The notes beneath the pieces are model-generated. The model ran no database searches. It saw nothing but the letters and a program-made list of their open reading frames with translations, and had not been told where the DNA came from. Below are positions 11,452-23,535 of a stretch of 64,000 bases of DNA, piece after piece. Position numbers and translations under genes: made by a program. Location of the stretch: NCBI RefSeq assembly GCF_018977255.1, contig NW_024704744.1, positions 73,346,001-73,410,000 on the forward strand. The letters run 5' to 3'. Source of the DNA: Callorhinchus milii. Lineage: Eukaryota. The stretch's first letter is position 1; every line of letters begins with the position of its first letter.

Positions 11452-11780
11452 TAATAATAATAATAATAATAATAATCCTTGCATTTGATATAGCGCTTTT
11501 CATGTCGGGAGGACGTCCCAAAGCGCTTCACAGAACACGCTGTAAAGTGAATTAACTGTATATTTGTGGGCGAACGCGGCAGCCAATTGCGCACAGCAAT
11601 GTCCCACAAACAGTCGTAGATTGAAAATGACCAATTTAATTATTGTTTTTGGTTTTTTGGAGGGATTATTATTAGGCGTGTGGAGTAAGGAAACTTGCCC
11701 AAGGTTTCGCCCTGCCTGGAATTGAACTCAGGTCTCTCACTTGCAAAGCGAGTGCTCTAACCACTGAGCTACAGGACTCC
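11452..11780 (-). mobile_element. Young tRNA SINE, CORE-like/Deu chimera, short (internally deleted) subfamily
   Basis: tRNA A/B boxes (TAGCTCAGTGG; GAGTTCAATTCC on minus), GGGCAAGTTTCCTTACTCC, Deu-like 3' block, L2 tail and (TAA)n; nearly identical to 56528-56844 and 62121-62436. Confidence 0.95.
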
Positions 11781-11789
11781 ACAACTTAA

Positions 11790-12165
11790 TGTATCGACTT
11801 CAAGATCCTCACACTCATACTCAAATCCTTTCACTCCATGGCACTTCCCTATCTCTCGGACCTACTCACTCCCCAATCCACTACCCGGCACCTCCTGGCA
11901 CCAGACTCATGCTCGTCTCTCGCACCCTCTGTTTTACCATTGGAGATCGTGCTTTCAGCCACTGCGTCCCGAAGCTCTGGAACACTTCTCTCAATCCTTC
12001 CTCCTTGTCGCCTCTCTCCCCTTTTTCAAGTCCCACCTGAAAGCCTTCCGCTTCGACCGTGCTTACGGTCAGCTCTCCCCCGGCTCAGAGTCAGGCTTCA
12101 CCACTGTTAAGCACTCTGAGATGCTACCCTGTGTGGAGGGAACTACATACGTGTAAGTTGTATTC
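11790..12165 (+). mobile_element. LINE-2 3' fragment, decayed
   Basis: FKILTL..PYLSDLL..GDRAFSHCVPKLWN across frames. Confidence 0.85.
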
Positions 12166-12308
12166 TTTTGTGAGCTTCTAATAGGTTTCTCTTTCATACA
12201 GGGACAGTGTATGTGTGTGCTTAAAAACATTCTGTCTCTTGCTTTAGGCACAGCAAGAAGCAAAACTGATTGATGAGTGACATCAGAAAGCAACAGCTCA
12301 TTGAGGAA

Positions 12309-12403
12309 TGAAATAAAAACAGAATCTGCCAGAACTACATCACAGGACCATGTATTTGCTATTAAAGTTTGTTCAATGTTTCATGTATGACCCTTTATCA
12401 GAA
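12309..12403 (-). mobile_element. Penelope-like terminal-repeat relic with degenerate hammerhead core
   Basis: Minus strand 12375-12403 reads TTCTGATAAAGGGTCATACATGAAACATT (CTGATGA mutated to CTGATAA, then GAAAC); upstream GAAATAAAAACAGAA resembles 41539-41553. Confidence 0.45.
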
Positions 12404-12584
12404 GTGAATTTACCCCCACATGTAATTGATTTCTCTTCTGATCCCACTATTTAAGGAATGTTGTTGCTTGCTTGAAGGGATCTGCGTGTGTCAGATACTT
12501 GACTGACCAAATAAAAATTGGAATGTTGTTGGCACAAATTGGCTTTGTGTTTACTAATACAACATTCACTTTCATTTCTTTTTA

Positions 12585-12857
12585 GGTGTCAGCCTGGCTC
12601 ACTTGGTAGTACCCCTGCCCAAGTGGGTTCAAGTTTGGTTCAACTTTGAGCTCAAAGTCTTGCTCATTCACTGGTGAGCAATTTGAACTGGGGGATAGTT
12701 GGCGAGGACACCAGGAATTGATGTGCAAATTGGCTGCCCCGTTTGCCTACAAATACAAAATCACTGTAGTTTACAATAAATCTCACGAAGCACTTTGAGG
12801 GATATTGACAACATAATGAGGTGCTATATCAAATACAAGGATCATTATCATTATTAT
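12585..12857 (+). mobile_element. Deu-domain SINE, decayed
   Basis: GTCAGCCTGGCTCA..TGGTAG head, GTGCAAATTGGCTGCC, GCTATATCAAATACAAGGA tail. Confidence 0.75.
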
Positions 12858-12911
12858 AAATGGAACTATTGGTCTAGAAAAGCTACTTGTTAAGACTAAA
12901 CAGGGGCAGTT

Positions 12912-13075
12912 GATTTTTTTTGGTCAGCCAGCTGTCTGACCCAAGCACACAGATATTCCTCTCCCAAGCTACTTAAGAGTTTCTAAACTAAACTGAGATT
13001 TCCACAAATTGATGGAAATTTCCATTTATCTGGAATGGAATGCACACTCTCTCCCCAGAGGGACGGACCCTGGAG
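12912..13075 (-). mobile_element. 3' fragment of the unclassified ~600-bp repeat
   Basis: TTTTTTTTGGTCAGCCAG.TGTCTGAC..CTTAAGAGT is the reverse-complement of the 3' end of 10435-11000. Confidence 0.55.
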
Positions 13076-13129
13076 GTAATAGTTTGGTGAGAGCTGAGGT
13101 TTAGAGATCCCAGAGGGTACAGTGGGTCT

Positions 13130-13298
13130 GCCTGTCTCATGACCTTCCTTTTTGACTGTGCCTTTGGTCATTCCCTCAAATCTCTTGCCCTCCACCTCTT
13201 TTGATTCCAGCTCGGGTGCAAACCCTTAACTGTCCAGCGCTTTAAGACGTCCTCCTGACATGAAAGGCGCTATATAAATGCAATTTATTGTTGTCGTT
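13130..13298 (+). mobile_element. LINE-2 3' tail fragment
   Basis: CTGTCCAGCGCTTT..GACGTCCTCCTGACATGAAAGGCGCTATATAAATGC followed by (TTG)n. Confidence 0.8.
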
Positions 13299-13554
13299 GG
13301 GACACTGCTGCATTTTAACTACCTAAAACTGAACAGCTTGCCATTTCGAATACCAACTGGCAAGAATCTGTACAGAGAGTAACCTGGTTGTATGAATGCT
13401 GCATTTAACTAAGCAAGCCTGTACCACGAGGGCATGAAATCTCTGTTTGTCTGGAATTGAATGTTCACTGTCTCCCTGGAAGGATAGAGCCTCCTCTTCC
13501 AATCCTGTAGTAAATTATATACATGATACCATCATTTCATTTTGATATCCATCT

Positions 13555-13675
13555 CAACAAATGTACTGAGTGAGGTGCCTGCTCTGGGATCCACTCCTTT
13601 CCTTCCATACATTAATGATCTGGATTTACCAATTCGGTGCAAAGTGATTAAAATTTCAGACAACACTAAGTTGTG
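13555..13675 (+). mobile_element. CR1 reverse-transcriptase relic
   Basis: Decayed coding for GVP..LGPLLF..YINDLD.....KF.DNTKL (TACATTAATGATCTGGAT; TTTCAGACAACACTAAGTTG), the CR1 YINDLD..KFADDTK motif. Confidence 0.7.
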
Positions 13676-14059
13676 TTAAGTTACGTATTCAGCCAAAATA
13701 CTTCTTCATTCAAGTCTGTCTTGCAATCATGTGAATGTACACAGAATTATATACATTTCCAGCAGATTCATCTCATTGTGTCTGTCCTACCTATTCAATT
13801 CTAAATCTCCTTTTACTATTAATTCCACCTTCCAGCTCTTTTGCCATGTCCCTCAATGCTTTTACTGTTAAATTGCTCATCCAGTTCTCCTTTGAATGAT
13901 TCTATCCCTTTATTCTCAGTAAGCATATGGGATAATGAATTCCACAACATAACAACCCCACATATTGCATTTGGGAGGCGGGAAACTTCTGGGTAATTCG
14001 AGAAGCACTAAAGATCTACAAAGACAGCAGGATTAAGAATGCCTAAGAAAAATATATCT

Positions 14060-14490
14060 GTGTCACCCTGGCTCAGTTGGCAGCAATCTCACCTTTAAGT
14101 CAGAAAGTTGTGGGTTAAAGCTCCACTTTCCATCTTTGAAGTCGCATAGTCTAGGCTGACACTGCAATGCAGTAATGGGGGTGCATTGCAAGGTGAGAGA
14201 TGCCATCCTTCAATTGAGATGAGATGAGTCTGACTGTTCAAGTTGATGTTAAATATCCTATGGCATTACTCAAAAAGAGAAAGGCATTTTCTTTAACAAG
14301 CCACCAGATAAAATTGTTTGTTCACTTTATGGCTGTTAGTGAAACATTGCTGTGCACAAAATGGACTATGATATTCATTTAGAAAAACACACATCATACC
14401 ATTTTACAATGGATCCTGTGAAGCATTTTGAGGTGTCCTCCTGATGTTAAAGGCATTATACCAAATATAAGGAATATTATTATTATTTTT
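14060..14490 (+). mobile_element. Deu-domain SINE, near full length
   Basis: Head CCTGGCTCAGTTGGCAGCA..GTCAGAAAGTTGTGGGTT, body CTAGGCTGACACT, tail AAGGCATTATACCAAAT plus (TTA)n. Confidence 0.85.
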
Positions 14491-16721
14491 AATGACATTT
14501 TGCCTGACTTGAGCAGTGTATAAGACCAATGATAGAAAAGGCCAGAGTGGCAAAGTGAGTTGTTGTGATACTTCCTGGCTATGGCACGATTGTGTTTAAG
14601 GACAGAATGGAGCTGTTTGACAAAGCATCAAATCTCGATTTGGTCTCATGAATACGAAATGCACAGTGAGAATGAATACACTGTATGGGATCAGGTGAGG
14701 TATGATCTAATGGTTCATATCTGAAAGCCATATTTTAGGCCACAGACAGAGGGTGTAAAGAAACAAAAAAGACAGATCAATCACCTCATGTTATCACTGG
14801 GACCTTGTGTGGAAACTGGCTGTCACATTTACCTGCAAAAAACAGTAACTACATTTGACAATAATTACTTACAAAAGCTCTTTGAGAAATGTTAATGTAA
14901 TTTGTGTTATATCAAATGCAAAGGCTTTGATTATTTTATGTTGCAATTTCTGTAGTTGGAGGGGGGAAATTTTACATTTTGGAGATGAATGACAAGTGGA
15001 CCATTATTAATGCAGCAAATATGGAAATACTTGTATTAGGGATGAACAGTTCAAAGTTTTGGCCAGACTGCAGTTCAGTTCTAGAAATGCGAGGTTGGAA
15101 ATTTATTCTGGACTGTTTGCGTGTTTGCCTTTGGAGCTGAAGAAGTATCTGTCAGAGCTTTACCCCTGGGGTGAAGTCAATGATCCAATAGTTTTTTGTG
15201 TACTCTATGAAGTGAGGGGGTTGAAGGGCTGAATGCTCTTTTCTCATGACATGTTTTCTTACGTTCTAAACAGAGTTGCTCATTTGAACCTCTCAGTGGA
15301 TAGAGATTGTTCCTTGCCCACCTTCAAATCTCGTCCCTTAGTCTGCAGTGATTCAGTTGCTGCTGGTCTATCAGTTAATTCACTGGTTATAACCGTTTAT
15401 TAACCTAGTGTATCACTTAATTTGCATTTCACTGCTTATCCACAATAATAGATACCTTAAGCATGAGTTGTAATATTGAGATACAATCAAGCCTTTAAAT
15501 ATCGTGTCTTATCTGTATGATGTGAGTATTGAGATTAGGTATCAGCCTTGATCTCAATTCCTGTGAGACAATTTGTCACTTTGCATATTATATTATGGGA
15601 ATATTGTATCTCTTAGTATATCGCTACCTGAATATTTACTGATTGAAGTGTTTGTTTGAGTACAGAGAACTTGCAGACAGCTGAGGTTATGACAGTCTGA
15701 AGCATGAGCTGCTTAATGAAAGGGGGAGGGGAGGGCAATGAACCCAGTTAAAAAAAATCACAGAAATCTGCTTGTGTTAAGTTAGTCAGTTAATCCTTTG
15801 CCCGTTCTACTTATGTTCAATATTTGTTTTAATATTTAGATATACATGTCTGTCAGTATCTCTCATAAATTACAAAATGAGTGGAAGGAACAGCTGATAG
15901 TGTAGACAAGAGTAACACAGATCAGAAGGGATTTAACACTATCCCAAGCATCCAAACGGAAATGACACGGGCTGATATAAAGCACGTGGTTTATTTTCAT
16001 GTTATTGTGAGCCTTGTCTAATTTATATTTCTCTATTTGTTGCAAACAGACTAACCTTTTGAGATCTTTATCAAACTATACGTTCAGCACAAGGCACCCC
16101 TTGGAGTTCTTTGCAATCCACAAATAAACCCAGCAAGACAGCATCTAAGTTAAAACAGCAGAACTTTTCCAGCATATCTGGTGTTTTTTAACAAGCAGTA
16201 TGCTGCAAACAATGTGTCAGTGATCTTTTATATACTGCCATATGCTACACTCTCTTTTATCTACAGTTCTGGTTCAAAGAAACTAAATCTTCAAATGAAG
16301 GCTGGATACTTTTAAAACGATTTTGGACAGAGCTCATTTTACATTACAAGACAGAGAGAGTGAGAAAAGAGGCTGAAAGGTGCAGCTACAGAGCTAAATG
16401 TTAAAAAAAACATACCATTGCAAACATTCATTTATTCACTAAAAAAAGTCACAAAACTGAGATGCAAATAGACATCTGAAATGCTTGGGAGTACAATAAA
16501 AGCCGAGGGTCTCTTGTACCTTTTAGTCAGAAGGTTGTGGGTTTAAGCCCGACACTAGGACTTTGAACTCATATGGTCTGGGCAGCAATTCCGATGTAGT
16601 GTTTGGGGATGTACTGCACTGTTAAAGGTGCAGTCCTTCAGACGATGTATTAATACCAAGGTTCAGTCTGCCTGAACCCTAAATATCCCATGGTATTATT
16701 TGAAAAGAAATGGGAGTTTCC

Positions 16722-17187
16722 CCTCCTCACCGGTCTCCCTTCCTCCACTTTTGACAAAATTCAACTCATCCAAAACTCCGCTGCCCGCATTCTCACCCCC
16801 ACTAAGCTCTGCATCCCAATTACTCCAGTCCTTGCCAAACTCCAATGGTTGCCTGTAGCAGACTGAATCAACTTCAAGATCCTGTCTTACCCGCTGCCTC
16901 CACTCTACTGGCTCTGGCCTCCTCCTTGTCCCTCAAATCCTCTGCTCCACCATCGACAGCCGTGTCTTCAGCCACTATGCACTGAAGCGATGGAACTCCC
17001 TCCCTCAAACCCTTCACCTTTTCCACTCTTTTCTCATTTTCAGGTTGCGCCTGAAGACCTTCCATTTCAACCGTACCTTTGTTCACCTTTCCCCTCCCCA
17101 TGACTCGGCATCAAGCTCCGCCATTGTTAAACGTTCCGGGACACCGTCCAGCATGGAGGGAGCTAAATAAATACAAATTGTTGTTGT
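16722..17187 (+). mobile_element. LINE-2 3' fragment
   Basis: Codes GLP.STL.KIQLIQNSAARILT..ITPVLAKLQWLPV..INFKIL; (TTG)n tail. Confidence 0.9.
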
Positions 17188-17337
17188 TTTTCCCCATGTC
17201 CTGGCCAACAACCTCCAGATAAAATTCGCTTCATGACTGTTCATGGGACAGTGCAGATTGGCTGCAGTATTCACATTCAAAATACACAAATGACTACACA
17301 TTACAGTAAATCCTGTGAAGCACTTTGAGACATCCAG

Positions 17338-17610
17338 TGAGTTCAATTCCAGGCAGGGTGAAACCTTGGGCAAGTTTCCTTACTCCACACGCCTAATAGT
17401 AATCCCTCCAAAACCAAACACAATAATAAAAATTGGTCATTTTCAATCTACGACTGTTTGTGGGACATTGCTGTGTGCAATTGGCTGCCGCGTTCGCCCA
17501 CAAATATACAGTCAATTCACTTTACAGTGTGTTCTGTGAAGCGCTTTGGGACGTCCTCCCGACGTGAAAAGCGCTATATCAAATGCAAGCATTATTATCA
17601 TTATTATTAT
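17338..17610 (+). mobile_element. Young short-subfamily CORE/Deu SINE, 5'-truncated at B box
   Basis: Near-identical to the matching part of 56528-56844. Confidence 0.9.
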
Positions 17611-17788
17611 CTTCCATATGTGAAAGGCATTATGTCAAATTGAAGGATTATCATTGTTATTTTACAGTCACGAGGGCAATGAGCAGTGTTCATTAAAATT
17701 ACAATCTCTGAGAACTTGTGTATTCAGACCATACTGTTATTTTTGAGAAACTCCAATCTGGATCCATAGCAATTCAAATGAACAGTAT

Positions 17789-18095
17789 TAATAATAATAA
17801 TCCTTGCATTTTATATAGCGCCTATCAGGTCGCCGAGGTATCTCAAAGCGTTTCACAGAATATATTGTAAAGTGGATTGATTATGTATTCTGTAGGCGAG
17901 ACACACAGCCAGTTGCACACAGCAATGTCCCACAAACAGCCATGGATTGAATGACCACATTTTTTTTTGGAGGGATTATTACCTCCGGAAAGCGATCTGC
18001 AATTGACTAATAATCAGGTTTCTACGTACTGCTGGGTAAACAATACGGATCCACTCACTTGTGAGGCAAGTGTGCTAACCACTAAGCTACAGGAG
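17789..18095 (-). mobile_element. CORE/Deu SINE, long subfamily
   Basis: Contains the extra segment GCGATCTGCAATTGACTAA..TACTGCTGGGTAAACA; head CCACTAAGCTACAGGAG. Confidence 0.85.
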
Positions 18096-19301
18096 CAAAT
18101 TGCCATACACCAGTAATCAAAAAAGGACAAATAATTCTATTTCACAGAAGGATTGAAATGTGAAATTAATATTTTTACAGTTTGCTTTGTGTATGACTCA
18201 TGCAACACTCTGCCCCCAAAAAACACAATTTGATTTGTTATTTCTTGCTTTGTATGCTATCAGGAAATAATCCTAATCTGGCTGCATGGTCTGATTTGTA
18301 ACTGGTTTAACCAGATGTTGGTAGTATATACTCTACAGGTCAGGACCATAATGTGAACCAGTGATAATAGACTGTTATAGGACAGCAGCCTCTTGAATTT
18401 CAGGCTATTTCAGACTTCGCCACTTTCATTTAAAACAAAAGAATACGTCAAAAAGAGGATGAAACAACATTGCAAAACACCACTAAATTAATCAAAGGTT
18501 TCTTGTCAGCAATACTGAAATTGCCATCTAAAGTATGGTGCTTTCTGATGAAGCTTACAGTTTGTTGTAAGTTTGGGTCCGAACCTAAGTCTGTCCAGCG
18601 TCTTGGGACGTCCTCCCAACGTAAAAGGCACTTTTCAAATGTAATGTTGTTGTTGTTGTTAGTTTCACCAATCCTTTTCCTATTGTTTAGGCCAGCGCTG
18701 GGTTGCCTGACATTCAGGTACAGGGCTGGGGAACCACTGCTTTAGCAGAAATACCATCCTTAGATAAGATGTTAAATTGCAATTCTTTGTGCCTGTTGAG
18801 GTGGATGTTAAAAATCAAATGACACTAATATAAATAAGAGTTTCTCCTGGTCAACAAGACTATTTGGGGGTCATTTTTGGTCACATTTGGGATGCATATT
18901 TGCCTACAAATTACAGAGTAAATCCTATGAAGCGCTTTGAGGCATCATCTGATGGGAAAGGCGCTATACCAAAGTTACAAAGATTATTAACAATCATCCA
19001 GATAAAATTCACTTCATGATTTCCTGAGGGACATTGCTGTGTGCAAATTTGCTGCCATGTTCAAAATACAAATTACACAGTCACTATTATTTCCCAAATG
19101 GCAACTGAAGAACCAGGAAAATAAACCTGGCACAGATTCACCTGATATTGAAGCACATTTGCAAACCTCCTGTTATTTCAATTGAACCTTAATGGTTCTT
19201 GCTCAAGTGTGATGCATATGATGTCATCAGATGATTTGTGCAATGGTGTAGGCCATTCGCATTTCTGCAAAATCACATTTTGGGACAAACACCTTCCAGA
19301 A

Positions 19302-19500
19302 GTGTGATGCAATGTGAATGCAATGTCATTGGGGTTTAAATCTGGAGTCCATTTGGGGTCCACGCAGAGTCATTGTAATGCAAATGCTGTATGGATGCAG
19401 TGCGGACCATGATGTGACAGTGTGAATGCAGTGTCAATATGATATGAATGTAGGGTCAATTTAGTGTAAATGTGGTGTAACTATGGTGTCATTGTAGTAC
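19302..19500. repeat. Degenerate ~10-11 bp minisatellite (GTGTGAATGCA-like)
   Basis: Recurring GTGTGATGCA / ATGTGAATGCA / GTGTGAATGCA / GTGTAAATGT units. Confidence 0.6.
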
Positions 19501-19501
19501 A

Positions 19502-19704
19502 TGGAAAATTGTTCAATTAATTCTTCATTTGGAAGATAGGTTAATAATAAAAATACTAATAACATTGGATGTAGCTCCTTTCATGGCGGGAGGATGTCTC
19601 AAAGCGCTTCACAGAATTATTGGGGGATTATTGGTCAGGACACAGTGAGAAACTCCCTTGTTTTGAATAGTGCCAAGAGATCTCGAACATTCACCTGAAC
19701 AGGC

Positions 19705-19736
<32 letters not shown>

Positions 19737-19910
19737 GGATGGCATATCAAACAATGCAGCATTCTTCCAGTACTGCATTGGAGAGTCTCCTTAGTTTTTG
19801 CAACTTGAAAGTCCCGATGTGGGATTTGAACCTGCATTCTTATGTCTCAGATGAAAGTGCTACCAGCTGAGCCAGATTGACACCTGAACACAGCCAGGCT
19901 GACAACCACA
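19502..19910 (-). repeat. Arm 1 of ~410-bp inverted duplication (Deu-SINE plus flanks); partner 24089-24503
   Basis: Reverse-complement match includes the non-SINE flank GGAAAATTGTTCAATT.ATTCTTCATTTGGAAGATAG and the same internal SINE deletion. Confidence 0.9.
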
Positions 19911-19918
19911 GTGTAGAC

Positions 19919-20150
19919 TTGAAATGCAGGAGGACTTCGATTTGATGCCACGTTTCAAGCTTCTTAGATTCCAATATAAAAGCTGCCAAGCAGTGTGAAC
20001 GGCTGATGAATACCAGGAAATCAAGTTGTGCCAATTGGGTAAGGTTTGAAATGCAGTACTTCCAATATAACACCATGTTTCAAGCTCCTGAGTCACTATT
20101 TATAGAAACTGCATGAGCAGTTGCGTAAATGATTGATGAATACCAGGAAT
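19919..20150. repeat. Two-copy diverged tandem duplication, period ~127 bp
   Basis: TTGAAATGCAG..CCA.GTTTCAAGCT..TGATGAATACCAGGAA at 19919 and 20046. Confidence 0.7.
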
Positions 20151-20530
20151 CTTTTCAATAACATCAACAACTTATATAGCACCTTTCACATAGGAAAATA
20201 TATTGAGCATGCTTCATTAGTTAGAAAGTTGCTACAGTATTTATAAAAACAAATACCTCTCAATTTCAAAAAAAGGATTAATCCTTTAACCATTCACATC
20301 AAAGACACAAAATGTTTAATCTAAAGATTAAAGTTACACTTCTTTACAGACATTATAAGCGCTCAGATCTCATTTGCATACTTCAGCAATGCTTAGCCAA
20401 AGCAAATAACTAAATGTTTTAGTACACAGTTTCCACGCTCGTTTCACGCTTACCAGAAGTTTTTGGTAATAAACTAAAATTAAGAGTGTGCCTCTTCAGA
20501 TCTGCAGCTGCCTAAACTCACCAACTACAA

Positions 20531-20544
20531 TGACCTCTTGACCC
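20531..20544 (-). promoter_or_regulatory. Perfect DR2 nuclear-receptor element (RARE-type)
   Basis: TGACCT-CT-TGACCC, i.e. GGGTCA-AG-AGGTCA on the minus strand; AGTTCA-n6-AGTTCA follows at 20577-20594. Confidence 0.45.
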
Positions 20545-20938
20545 GTGGCACTAAGCTTTGAGAGATTAATGCTTGAAGTTCACAGATCAGTTCAACACAC
20601 ATCTCAGTGGGAAAAAAGCCTGAGGGTATCTTTGTGCTACATGGAATCAATTTGTTTCTTGTGAGCTAATGCAATTCAGGGTGTCGCTGATTATCGCTAG
20701 AAAGTTATTATTTCAACAAGTGACAAACAAGTCATAAATTAGCAGTCTGTTTGTGTTCCTTCTTACACTTCACTAACATTGAATATTAGCTCAATAACTG
20801 TAGTATTGTAATAATAATTTTGGTATGTAGTGATATCTATGGAGTATTTTGCTTTCAATTTGAATGAGTCATGCACTCAATATTCGGGGCCAATTTGCAT
20901 GTTTCTTTAGCTGGATTCCTTCATTCAGTTCACTTACA

Positions 20939-21117
20939 AACAACAACAACAACATTGCATTTATATAGCGCCTTTCACTTCGGGAGGACGTCCCAAGGCG
21001 CTGGACAGTTGGGTCGGGACCCGAGCATGGGGGAAATGGTCAGGGTGAGGGGAGGGAAGAGAGGGAGCGAGGAGGGGGTAGAGAGTCGAGAGGAGAGCTG
21101 AAGGCACGGTTGAAGAG
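20939..21117 (-). mobile_element. Young LINE-2 3' end
   Basis: Nearly identical to the reverse-complement of 44565-44741; (CAA)n tail. Confidence 0.9.
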
Positions 21118-23137
21118 TACGCAGTCACTGTATTTAACAGTAAATGCCTCTGAAGCACCTTGAAATGTCCTTCTGACTTGAAGGGTGCTATATCAAATGT
21201 AAAAATTCTTCTTACTTTAACAAGGAACCAAATTGCATAACTGGAAATTCCTACTGGCAAATGGAAATAAGTCACTTAGACTCATGGGAACTCTGCTCCC
21301 ATGCAATCCACTTGGGAGAGGAGTTTCAACTGCAAACACCCAATAATAAGGCAGGTATTGTACTTACATCAATGTGTCACATGCATGGGGTCCAGTTCTA
21401 AATGAGTTGTTCATTGATACTCCATCGTAGAGCCATTCTATTGTTGGAAAGATTAAAGTATTCACAAGATGAAAAAAAAGGTGTTTAGGCTTATGAGCAA
21501 ATAAACACTGCAAAGATAAAGAGTTTTAAATCACATACACAGTAGTTAATTGAAATGAGATAAAGATCCACTGCCTTCCTCAGATACTTTGAAGTCTGGG
21601 ACTTTTAGCTCAAGTTAACTCAGAGTTAGGCCAACGCAATTTATTTTAACATCATTAAGGTCTTTCAGAATCAAAGATCCAGCAAAATTGATAAAACTGG
21701 ATGCCCTAAGGGCAAAATTGGGCTTTGGTTCAAAAACTGCTGAATGCATTGACATGATAGCAGGGTGTGTTATGGACATGAAAGGAAATCTATCAACAGA
21801 CTGGCTCTGATTGATTGCAGTTGGGTTGCATTTTAAACAAGCAATCTTTTGCTATCATTTATCAGCATAGTGGACATTAAAATGCTTGAATGGGCCTCAA
21901 CAGCTATTAGGCCAATTTACAGTATCGGCTCAGCATTTCAGAAATTATGTGTAGTCTTTGGTATCACAAATGATAATGTCCCCCAGAGAGAGAAAAAATC
22001 ATCCAGTTTTTGGGCATAACTGAGACAGAAAAGAGACCGACTAACTGCCAGGATTATTTTGCTTACAATCCACGAATATGAGGCAATGGTGCAAGCAACA
22101 TTATCTGTAGCTTGGATCAGAGTGAATCAACAATGGGTTGCTGAAAAGTGCAAACAGGGAACATTCACATGTAAGTAGGGTAAAACCACAAGCCTATGCC
22201 AAGTTTTATTCTGATGGAGGTCTTTAACAAGAATAATCAGAGTGTGTGGTATTGTGGAAAATTTCCAAAAAGAGTCAGATGGAATTTCTGATAGTCTTTA
22301 ACATTCAGATCCTACCCTTTTGACATGATGGGTATCACTCAATACTGCTGCAGCATGCAATCTCTCATTAAAGATTTTATCAGAGCCAATATGGTAGCTT
22401 AAACCCAAAGTTTAAACCTAGCCCTTTGTACGGTCTTGGCACTGTATCTACCAGTTATCTAAGCAAAGGATGTTATATTACCAGTTCTGCATAATTCTTT
22501 GTTTTCATACAATTATAGTAACTTCAAAAGAAGCTTGCACAAAACAGAAATAATTTGCAGTTAAGATGAACTCACTACCATAAGAATGTAAACATTTTAC
22601 ATTACACATAGATCACCTGGTTGATATAAGCTTTTCAGTCACTCTTTTTCCAATCTTATCTTACAATGAAATCACTGAGCATGCACAAAATTTAGCACCT
22701 TCAGTTTTCCATTTAATATCACCTAGGCATATCAAGATGCCCTCATGCTCCGAAAAAGACAACACATTTACATCACAATTTTCCCAATAATGGAGGACAG
22801 TGGAGGGTCAGTTCAGGAAATGAGCATGGTGGAGAGCCAGTTCAGAGACCAATGATGGTGGAGGGTCAGGTCAGAGAGCATACCCACAAGGTTTTCACCG
22901 AATAAATTCCAGCAGTAACCCCAAATGCAATCTCTGAGGACCCCACACCTTGCCTTTTCCACTCTGTGCCTATTACATTCTGGGATTAATGAACGGGGTG
23001 CATACTCCAGGGGAGAGAATATGCACTCATTCCAGACAAAAATAAATTCCATTGATGGGAACTTTCAGTAGTTTGGTTTGGATAACCGTAATGATCGAAC
23101 ACTTGGCTGATGAAACAAAGTTTTCTCTTTCCATTTC

Positions 23138-23535
23138 ATAATAACAATCCTTGCATTTGGTGTAGTGCCTTTCATGACAGGATTTACTGTGAAGTGGAGT
23201 GACTGTATACTTATGGGTGAAAATCGCAGCCAATTTGCACAGCACAATATCCGACAGTGAATGACCAATTTTATCTGGAAGATTGTTGGCCAAGAAACTG
23301 GGAGAAACTGCCTTCTCTTTTCGAATATTGCCACAGGATCTTTAATGTCCACCTGAACAGACAGACAAGACCTTGGTTTAACATCTCATCTGAAGGATGG
23401 TACCCCCAACAATGTAACACAGCCTTAGCACTGCATTATGGTGTCATCTTAGACTATGCGAGTTCAAGAACCGACGTGAGGCTTGAAACCACAACCTTCA
23501 CTTAGGGGTGACTGTGCTACCTCTGAGCCACACTA
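23138..23535 (-). mobile_element. Deu-domain SINE, near full length
   Basis: ATCCTTGCATTTGG tail, GCAGCCAATTTGCACAGC, GGATCTTTAATGTCCACCTGAACAG, GGCTTGAAACCACAACCTTC head. Confidence 0.85.

Larger units (their letters stand above)
16500..17660 (+). mobile_element. Nested cluster: old Deu-SINE (16500-16720, 17190-17335, 17611-17660) interrupted by an L2 fragment and a young SINE
   Basis: SINE consensus order resumes after each insert (GGGAGTTTCC | CCATGTCCTGGCCAAC; GAGACATCC | CTTCCATATGTGAAAGGC). Confidence 0.8.

Noticed and set aside
20004-20025. Hammerhead ribozyme (CTGATGA-ATACCAG-GAAA)
   Set aside because: No stem II pairing or convincing stems I/III, and the duplicate at ~20133 lacks the core. 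Isolated CTGATGA at ~23107 and ~59353 were rejected likewise.
20577-20594. Canonical DR5 RARE
   Set aside because: Spacer is 6 nt on recount, so it is not a DR5.
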